A stretch of DNA of 64,000 bases, taken from a virus. The stretch covers positions 2,904-66,903 of the IMG/VR virus record IMGVR_UViG_3300031857_000133; one strand, given 5' to 3'. The translations under genes and the position numbers were made by a program. Shown in pieces: positions 11,007-19,300 of the stretch. A model generated the notes under the pieces. It was not told the origin of the DNA. It worked only from the letters and a program-made list of their open reading frames with translations, and made no database searches. The stretch's first letter is position 1, and each line of letters opens with the position of its first letter.

Positions 11007-11186
11007 TTATTTATTAAGTAATTCGCTCTCTGAATGCCAAAGTCCTATTGGGCAAGATTTATAAGCAAGTTTTACTTTCACTGGCATAAAACAATTACAT
11101 TTACTACAAAAATTTAACTTTGTATAAAACTCACATTGATTACAATGTGCGAGCCTTTGCTCTTGAATATTTTCTGAAACAAACAT
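11007..11186 (-). CDS. small Cys-rich protein (DUF6171-like), missing from the ORF track
   Basis: 59 aa MFVSENIQEQRLAHCNQCEFYTKLNFCSKCNCFMPVKVKLAYKSCPIGLWHSESELLNK; its ATG overlaps the stop of 11186-12088; R-x3-CxxC...CxxCxC...K...CP..W pattern. Confidence 0.8.
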   Translation of the reverse strand: MFVSENIQEQRLAHCNQCEFYTKLNFCSKCNCFMPVKVKLAYKSCPIGLWHSESELLNK

Positions 11187-12088
11187 TATCGTATGTAAAC
11201 CTCAACTCTGGCTGATCTATTGATGCCATTTGAATCTTGACAACATCCGATTGCATCACCAGCACTATAATTACCAAAACCACTATCCATACCAATACCA
11301 CCACTCACATCGTCTGAACCGGAAAACGAACCTCCATTAGCAAGTGTTGCTGGTCCAGTATAGTTGCCCTCACCATTCTCATTCCATCCAAATCCCCAAC
11401 GAACTTTAGCACTACCATTTCCGTATGAGGGATTAGGAAAGTTTTTAAAATTGAATCCATAAAAGTTAATAGCATTTTGAGATGAAAAAATACCATTACC
11501 CCAATCAGGAGAACTTTTCGCCAATCCTATAAAATAACCACCATAATTGCCAGCAGTGTTTACCGTGCCAGTATTATATGTGCCTTGTGTATTAAAAAAG
11601 TTGACTAATGTGGTGGTACTTCCTGCAAAAAAATTATTTTGTAGCCAACTCCAACAACTGTAAGGATTTGTTCCAAGTCCTCCACCATTAGTTGTAATAT
11701 CAGGCCAAAGTGCCATAATATCTTTAGCCGCAAAATAATTCATAGTATCAAACTTAGCATCACCATCGTTTCTATTAGATGCCGTAGGATTTAAAGTGTT
11801 TATTGTATTCCAGTAGTTTGCACTATAATTAAAAGTTGTGCCTCTGGTCGCTTTCATTGCCATCATCCATCCACCACCATTGGCAGACGAATTCATTAAA
11901 CAAAAAACTTGAGTGGGTCCAACTGTGGGTAAATCAATCCAATAAAGACCATCGGTATTTGTACCTGTTGCTGATTTAATAGCAGCAGCACTGACTGCTG
12001 CACTTGCAGCAGATAAACCATCTCTTACTCCAGTACCAAGACCATAACCTCTACCTGAAGCAGCACCAAATGTAGTTACTAAGGGCAT
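11186..12088 (-). CDS. fibrinogen-like domain protein, putative fibre tip/adhesin
   Basis: SAAAIKSA...DGLYWI...QVFCLMNSSANGGGWMM, the fibrinogen-related N-terminal signature (YCDxxxxGGGW-like). Confidence 0.7.
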   Translation of the reverse strand: MPLVTTFGAASGRGYGLGTGVRDGLSAASAAVSAAAIKSATGTNTDGLYWIDLPTVGPTQVFCLMNSSANGGGWMMAMKATRGTTFNYSANYWNTINTLNPTASNRNDGDAKFDTMNYFAAKDIMALWPDITTNGGGLGTNPYSCWSWLQNNFFAGSTTTLVNFFNTQGTYNTGTVNTAGNYGGYFIGLAKSSPDWGNGIFSSQNAINFYGFNFKNFPNPSYGNGSAKVRWGFGWNENGEGNYTGPATLANGGSFSGSDDVSGGIGMDSGFGNYSAGDAIGCCQDSNGINRSARVEVYIR

Positions 12089-12732
12089 TATCCAAAACCA
12101 TAAACTGTTCTTGAACCCAAAACCGAATAAGAATTGGCTCCTACTTTTATTGTTGTGAATGTATACACATCTAACTGCTGATTTGTGATTGTCGAAATAA
12201 AAGTTGGTCTAGAATTTCCTGACCATCTTGTACTGTTTGCTTGATATCTACCATCAATAGAAAGATTTGCAGTAAACTGCGTATTGCCCTGTGTCAATAT
12301 AAATGCTGTTGTAATTGATTGACCATTACCTATCAAACTGTCAAGTGGCACTTCGGGACTTACACGAAGATCAAAAGTAAGATTGCCTGCTGTGTTACCT
12401 GTCAAATAATAAACCGAACTGTCACCGACAAAAACACTTACATTACCGTTTGCAGAACCAGGTATTAAATACGCATTTTCTAGTATACGACTAATCGGAC
12501 TAAACTTCGTTGATGGTAACGACGACTCAGCAATAGCCACACCATTGACAGTGTTTCTGGCAAGGTTTAAATTGACACCAATTGTAATGGTGTTAGAAGC
12601 AGGGTTGAAAGATATGTTTCGATTTACATACTCAACATCTGCTCTACCTGATAAACCAGGCTGCAAGTTGAAATAAAATTCTTTGTTTTCATTTACAACT
12701 TGCAGTATTGGTAATGTAGTTACTGATAACAT
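12088..12732 (-). CDS. tail fibre segment protein with C-terminal TYTVL-type domain
   Basis: C-terminal domain ending DVYTFTTIKVGANSYSVLGS, paralogous to the 245 aa and 318 aa proteins; its stop overlaps the next start. Confidence 0.55.
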   Translation of the reverse strand: MLSVTTLPILQVVNENKEFYFNLQPGLSGRADVEYVNRNISFNPASNTITIGVNLNLARNTVNGVAIAESSLPSTKFSPISRILENAYLIPGSANGNVSVFVGDSSVYYLTGNTAGNLTFDLRVSPEVPLDSLIGNGQSITTAFILTQGNTQFTANLSIDGRYQANSTRWSGNSRPTFISTITNQQLDVYTFTTIKVGANSYSVLGSRTVYGFG

Positions 12733-15700
12733 TTATGCCTGTGCTTCTGTCCACGACAATCTAGAGAAGATAGATGCTGCTGCCGTACCAACGTTTCGGG
12801 CACAAACTGTAATAATATCAGGTCCATCTGGATAGAAGCCTCGGTTAGGATCAAGCGTTCCTCCACCTAAAATACTATTACCTAAGTCACGAACCAAGTT
12901 GAGTTCAACTGAAGTCGTTGTCAAGTTTGTAGAACCACCAGATGAGTTAGTGAAGAAGCCGTAAATAACTTCACCACCATCAATTCTTGTGTCAGCGGTG
13001 TGATTAACATATTGTACCAAACTTGAGCCACCAACCGAAGCCCATTGAGGTGCAGCGTTTGCTGTTGATGCATTCAGCAAAATTTCCATCAAGAACTGAC
13101 CGCCAGAGAGAAGGTCTAACTGACGCAGAATCATTTGCATACGATTAATCACTTCACGATCACCAAGTCTTGAGCCAGGAACACCATTACTTACTGATGG
13201 CGCAACACGGAAACTTTGCAGTGCCATACGTTGTCCAGGAGGCACACTTCTTGCTATTGACATGCCCTGTGTAAACACGAAAGATTTATCATCATCGTAA
13301 CGACCATCCATAATTACAGAAGTACCCCAATGACTCAATCTAGGTGAATACCCTGGCGCATGAAGTTCAACAGAAGTTGGTGAGGTTGTTGAGAACGTAA
13401 ACGTTTGTGCTGTGTTACCCATCGGAATAAATGTCACAAGACCCGTGCCACCAATTTGTGGTGCTTGTGAAAGTTGAATCGATACGCCAGGAGTAACTGA
13501 AGTAATCACAGCGGTGCCAGGAATATTAGCATTGCTTACATACATCCCAGGTTGAATACCAGTTGTGGCTTGACCCGCAACCAAGTTCAACACCGTGCTT
13601 GTCGTAGACATCACGCAGTTGATTGTAGTACCGGGTTGACCACGTGTCAGATTGTTAAATGTCCAACCTGATGGTGAATTATTTGAGATGCCATTATAGT
13701 TAATGAATTCACTTAAACCACCAGGTCCACCATATACCCACAATGTACCTGCTGTTGGGAACGCAGAAGCATTCGCCACATTCATGGTGCTATCACCAGA
13801 GTTCATCGTTGCTTGAAGTCTAGTTCTACGTGAGAATGTGTTGGTTTCATAACGTGCGGGCAAGTTACCTGAACGCATGTATGCTTCATAGTTGACATTG
13901 TTATTAATTACTTTATGACAGTAAATAATATTACCGTCTGCACCACGGAATCCCCAACGAACAAAACCAGCACCGTACCACGAATAATCCAGATACAACA
14001 TTTGCATCCTACTCAAATCAATATTGTATCCTGATGGTCCTGTTCCATCGCAACGGTCAAGATTCCACGTGTTTTGTGGGTAACGATAATCAATCGTCTT
14101 ATTTGCAACTGCTTGGAAAAGTGGCGTTTCACCACGATACGCAGGAGAAATGTGTAATCTTGTATCAGAATTAATTTCGATGACACGATATGACATGCCT
14201 TTGATAACGATATAATCACCAACTTCGAGTTCAGAAGAGAACTTGGTTGTTACACCGTTGACAGTAACGCCATCAATCTGCGTATTTGAAGTGTTTGCAG
14301 AAACGTAACCAGAGAGTTGACGAGTAGATGAGCGTCTAACGGCTGCTAATGTTGTACCATCATATTCAAAGAACAAACCGTTTTGATCATCAAACATACC
14401 AATACGGTTAATAGCACCGAACCAATTGTTTACAGTCACACGATATAATCCCGTTGCTGTAGAAGATGAAGGTGTGCTATTCGCAACATATGTAAATGTA
14501 TAAGGATCAATTGTTTCACGAACATTAAATATTCCGTTGTATGCCGTTTCTAAACAGTTGGCAACATTAATTGATACATTTGCATCTAAAAAGTGTGGTT
14601 CTTTTGTTCTGACTGTTACAACCACACCAGAACTTGTAATGCTATCAACACGCATCGCCGGCTTAATCAACGTACCAGTTGACATCTGAATACCTTTACC
14701 AGACTGATAACGGAAATAACGGCGTGTTTGACGAATCAATTGATTATTATGACCTTCTGCTGCTGTGCCGAATTCAACACCACCATCATACGCACGATGC
14801 ACGATTGTTGAACGACCAGCAGAGAACAAGTTTGCAAGTGAAGATGTGATACCGCCAGAACTTACTGGTGCTACGTTAGCATCAATACGGAAAGTAGTAT
14901 TAGAGTAAACACCAGTAATTGTGTAAGTACCGTTTGGTGTACCAGACGTTGCAGCAAATGCACCTTGAATAATAACTTCATTACCTAATGACAAACCATG
15001 TGGTTGAGTTGTTGTTATCTGACCGTTTGCGAATGTACTGATGAAGTTAATATTTGCGATACCAATATTGGCACGTGAATATACTGAACCGTTTGCAACA
15101 GCACTTACACCAGGAATATTAATATTAACGTTTGCTATGCCTGCTGCTGTGTTAATGTAACGTTGTTTTGTTGTGTAACGAATTGCATGACCTGGTGTTA
15201 CTGAATCAACCATAAACGTTCCATCAGCAGGTCCCCATGCCGTATCTGTTACAAAAATTGGAGTGTTTACAGCAACAGTATTTGCGGTATAAACTGTGAC
15301 CACACTTGAATTGGAGTTGACTGCAATGGCTGTCACACTAATTGGACCACCAGTTGAGAAAATGGTGTTCGCACTTGTGTTTTGATATGCATAAGGGCGA
15401 TTATTAACCAGAGACAGAGATTCCCACTTAGTTGCTTGAGTGGAATATTCAAAGTCGGTATCGATTAAAGCCTGTGGTTGAGAAACACGGAATTTATTTA
15501 CTGGGTCAGTGTATAGTTCTGACGGTGTAAACTTCTCTTCATATTCATCGATGACAACTTGCAAATCGTCGGTTGCCGACATCGCAGTTGTATTATACTG
15601 AAGAACGATACTTGTCGTTGCTATTCCAGTAGTGGTGTTTGTCGATGTTGAATATGAGGTAATTTTCAGATTCGGGTCTGAAAAATTGTAGATTACCTGA

Positions 15701-15819
15701 TTCGTGTTCAGATTCGTAATGAGAACGAATCTCTCTCTTTGAATGATTTGATTAAATACAATCGTTCTGCTTGACGGGGTGAACGAATAGTATGTATCAG
15801 ATAATACTTTTCTAGCCAT
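12733..15819 (-). CDS. large virion structural/fibre-associated protein (1028 aa)
   Basis: Beta-rich multi-domain protein with inserted TTxPHGL...NGTYTIT (FCCH-like) modules and a TKFSSELEVGDYIVI module; preceded by a late promoter. Confidence 0.55.
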   Translation of the reverse strand: MARKVLSDTYYSFTPSSRTIVFNQIIQRERFVLITNLNTNQVIYNFSDPNLKITSYSTSTNTTTGIATTSIVLQYNTTAMSATDDLQVVIDEYEEKFTPSELYTDPVNKFRVSQPQALIDTDFEYSTQATKWESLSLVNNRPYAYQNTSANTIFSTGGPISVTAIAVNSNSSVVTVYTANTVAVNTPIFVTDTAWGPADGTFMVDSVTPGHAIRYTTKQRYINTAAGIANVNINIPGVSAVANGSVYSRANIGIANINFISTFANGQITTTQPHGLSLGNEVIIQGAFAATSGTPNGTYTITGVYSNTTFRIDANVAPVSSGGITSSLANLFSAGRSTIVHRAYDGGVEFGTAAEGHNNQLIRQTRRYFRYQSGKGIQMSTGTLIKPAMRVDSITSSGVVVTVRTKEPHFLDANVSINVANCLETAYNGIFNVRETIDPYTFTYVANSTPSSSTATGLYRVTVNNWFGAINRIGMFDDQNGLFFEYDGTTLAAVRRSSTRQLSGYVSANTSNTQIDGVTVNGVTTKFSSELEVGDYIVIKGMSYRVIEINSDTRLHISPAYRGETPLFQAVANKTIDYRYPQNTWNLDRCDGTGPSGYNIDLSRMQMLYLDYSWYGAGFVRWGFRGADGNIIYCHKVINNNVNYEAYMRSGNLPARYETNTFSRRTRLQATMNSGDSTMNVANASAFPTAGTLWVYGGPGGLSEFINYNGISNNSPSGWTFNNLTRGQPGTTINCVMSTTSTVLNLVAGQATTGIQPGMYVSNANIPGTAVITSVTPGVSIQLSQAPQIGGTGLVTFIPMGNTAQTFTFSTTSPTSVELHAPGYSPRLSHWGTSVIMDGRYDDDKSFVFTQGMSIARSVPPGQRMALQSFRVAPSVSNGVPGSRLGDREVINRMQMILRQLDLLSGGQFLMEILLNASTANAAPQWASVGGSSLVQYVNHTADTRIDGGEVIYGFFTNSSGGSTNLTTTSVELNLVRDLGNSILGGGTLDPNRGFYPDGPDIITVCARNVGTAAASIFSRLSWTEAQA

Positions 15820-15867
15820 TTTAACTCCAAATAATTGGGTAATTGATTACTTTTTAAAAATCTCTAC

Positions 15868-15875
15868 TATTTAGT
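15868..15875 (-). promoter_or_regulatory. T4-like late promoter (ACTAAATA)
   Basis: Intergenic, upstream of 12733-15819; GGAG Shine-Dalgarno downstream. Confidence 0.65.
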
Positions 15876-15878
15876 CTT

Positions 15879-16361
15879 TTAGTCTCCGACCATAATATCA
15901 AGCGGTCGGTAAGGATAAGTTCTTTGAACTGTATTTGCAATGCCTGGTACCACTCTAATTTGAATCGTTGAGCCATTTGGCACTGGCTCAGAGAAGCGAA
16001 TTGTACCATCACTGTCTAACATGTAGCCACCGTCCGGTGCATAGATGTTTGTTATCCAAGTGTTTGACCCATATGTATTAGCATAGGGTTTCTGTATCGT
16101 TCCATTTACAATAACCATCAAACTTGACGGATCTCTGACAGACACATTTGATGTGTTATATCTTAATGGAAAATTTAACGTATTTCCATCTGCCAGATAT
16201 GACACATCATCCAAATCATAATTAGGTAAAGTATCCGCTGAGATATTTTCTACAGTGATGACAGCATTCGCAATTTTGGTATTCGTGACTGCAAAATTTG
16301 CCAACTTGTCAGTTGTGATTGCATTGTTGGCTATTCTAGCGGAGCCTATTGTCTGTAACAT
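15879..16361 (-). CDS. small fibre-associated protein (AITxxKIA repeats plus DG-x-T beta domain)
   Basis: NNAITTDKLANFAVTNTKIA repeats followed by a DGNTLNF...VNGTIQKP...IRFSEP domain. Confidence 0.55.
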   Translation of the reverse strand: MLQTIGSARIANNAITTDKLANFAVTNTKIANAVITVENISADTLPNYDLDDVSYLADGNTLNFPLRYNTSNVSVRDPSSLMVIVNGTIQKPYANTYGSNTWITNIYAPDGGYMLDSDGTIRFSEPVPNGSTIQIRVVPGIANTVQRTYPYRPLDIMVGD

Positions 16362-16364
16362 TCG

Positions 16365-19300
16365 TTAACCTCCAAATACAATAGACATTGCTATTGCCTT
16401 ACCTGTTGATGCTGCCGTATTTGCCTGAATGAACGCCGCATTTGCAGTATTGAATGCTGCATTGACCGTATTTGAAACTGTATTTAATGTAGCGTTAGCA
16501 CTGGCTTCAACATTCGCAATTGCAAGATTCGCTGTATTAGAAATGTTATTTGCTACATTACTTGAGTTGTATATTAAATTATAAAGTTGGTCATCTAACT
16601 TTGACAGTGTAATTGAACCGTCTGGTATGACAAAAGCATTTGCGGTTGTGTACATTGTAATGACACGAACCAATTCACCATTAGCCGGTGCAGCATCAAA
16701 TGTAATTGTTTGTTGTGTGTTATTGACTTCATACGATGTAATTGGTTGAATTACGCCATCAACAGAAACAATTAATACTTCACGTGCTTGTGGTAAGAAA
16801 CCAAGATTGAATGTTGTAAAGTTACCATTTGCAACAGTTTCAAATGTTGATACTGAAACATTTGAACTGACATATTGAATATAATATGGATTAATTTTAT
16901 CGTAACCAACAACACGAATGTTTTCATTATTACCAGGTGCGGTAACGAATGTAATCGTGTTTGTTGATGGATTGACAGTATATGCATCTTCAGGTTGTAA
17001 AATACCACCAAGAGAAACAAAGATAGCATTACCAGATTCAGGTCTGAAACCTAAGTTAAAGCCTTGAGTCACACCATCACCGATGCCGTTATACGAAACA
17101 ACAACAGCGCCAGCGGAATTCGCAACGTCTAAAAAGTATGGATTAACATTATTAAATCCAGCAACACGAATCTTTTCACCTACTGGTGGAGGTTCATTAA
17201 ACGAAATAGAATTGTTTGTACGATCTACTAAGTAATCGTCATTTTCCAACTGAACAATACCACCAATCGAAACAATGACAGCACTATTGGACGCTGGCGT
17301 AAATCCTAAAGCGTAAGTAGAAACTGCACCATTTGAAGTTGTGGCAAATGTTCTTACTTCGGCATTTGCACCAGTATTCGCCTTATCAAAAGCAGCATTG
17401 GCTTGAATGAAGGCGGCATTTGCTTGACCACGAACCCAAGGATCAGATGCATTATTTGCAGCATTAAATGCCGATTGAGCAATAATAGTTGCTGCGTTAG
17501 CCTGAATGAATGCTGCATTTGCCGTGTTAAATGCAGGTTGTACTTGTGGTGCTACATTGTTTGCTGAAGCAAAAGCCGCATTAGCATGGTCAAATGCTGC
17601 ATTAGCCTGTGTTGATGTTGCATTGGCTACAATGAACGATGCATTCGCTTGATTGTATGATGCATTTGCTTGAATGAATCCGCTGTTTGAGTGGAAGAAT
17701 GCAGAGTTTGCTTGTACGAATCCAGAGTTGGCGTGATCAAAAGAAGCATTTGCTTGAATTGTAGTAGCATTCGCAACAATAAATGCAGCATTCGCATAGT
17801 TGCCTGCCGCCACTGCTTTTCCGTCGGAAGTATTTGCAGCATCATATCCGGCATTCGCATGATGGAAAGCTGATTGTGCATGAAGAATGCCAGCGTTCGC
17901 TTGAATAAATGCAGCATTAGCAGTATGAAAAGCTGGCTGCACTTGTGGGAACACATTGTTCGCAGCAGCAAAAGCAGCGTTAGCGTGAACATATGCGCCA
18001 TTGGCATATACACCTGCCGACGATGCATTCGCTTCGGCATTGTTGGCTTTATCAAACGAAGCGTTCGCTTGAATAAATGCAGCATTGGCAGTGTTGAACG
18101 CCGGTTGTATTTGTGGAGCTACATTGTTTGCAGCAGCAAATGCTGCATTCGCATATGCGCCAGCAGACAATGCATTTGCATCAGCATTATTTGCTTTATC
18201 AAACGAAGCGTTCGCATGTATAAATGCTGAGTTAGCATGTATAAATGCTGAGTTAGCAGTATCGTATGCTGGTTGTACTTGTGGGAATACATTGTTTGCC
18301 GCTGCAAATGCTGCATTGGCATGATCAAACGATGCATTCGCTTGAATGAATGCAGAATTACCTGTATTAAACGCTGCATTAGCAGAAGCAAATGCGCCGT
18401 TGGCATTTGCAAAAGCGGCATTAGCCATTGCAAGACCGGCATTGGCATTCGCAAACGCCGCATTTGCATAGTTGCCAGTTGAGTTTTGGCTTATGTAAGC
18501 GGCATTCGCATGGTCAAACGCCGAGTTGACATGAATGTATCCACTATTGGCATGAATAAATGCACCGTTAGCAACCGTGAATGCTGCATTGGCATATTGA
18601 CCAGTTGCATTCTGTGATTGATATGCAGCATTCGCATGATCAAATGCAGAATTAACATGAACAAATGAAGCGTTTGCTTGTATGAACGCTGAGTTGGCAT
18701 AAGATGCGGCCGATGCTATATTGGTGTTCTGTGTTAGATTTACACCATCAATATTATTCGCTGATGCAAATGCCGCATTGGCTTGAATAAATGAGGCATT
18801 AGTGGTGTTGTATAGAACTTTAATTACATTTGCAGAAGTCAGATTTGCAAACGTTAGATTACCTGCGCCATCAGTTCTAATATAATCATCGTCAGAACCA
18901 CCAGTGATGTGAACGTTTGCAACTGCACCTAACAGAACACTCTTTGAGAGACTTGCATCTACATTGGCACGAATATTGATTGTATTACTTGAACCGATAA
19001 TACGCATCTGTTCATTTTCATTATTCATACCACCAGCAGCAAGCACAACATCATTCTGTGGTAAGAATGTGCCTAATACAAGATCACCACCACCTGTTGA
19101 TGTATTGCCATGTGTATACAGATAACCATCATTAGGTCCGACTAACGTAAATTCCGGATCGGCATGTTGACTACTGCCGATGCCCATGTCAATGTAAGTA
19201 TCATCTTCAGTGCCATTATCAGCAGTAGCAACATAATCTCCAGATGCATCAGGACCATTGTTAATGTTCTGAATGTTTATCTGAGAATAATTATTCTCAT

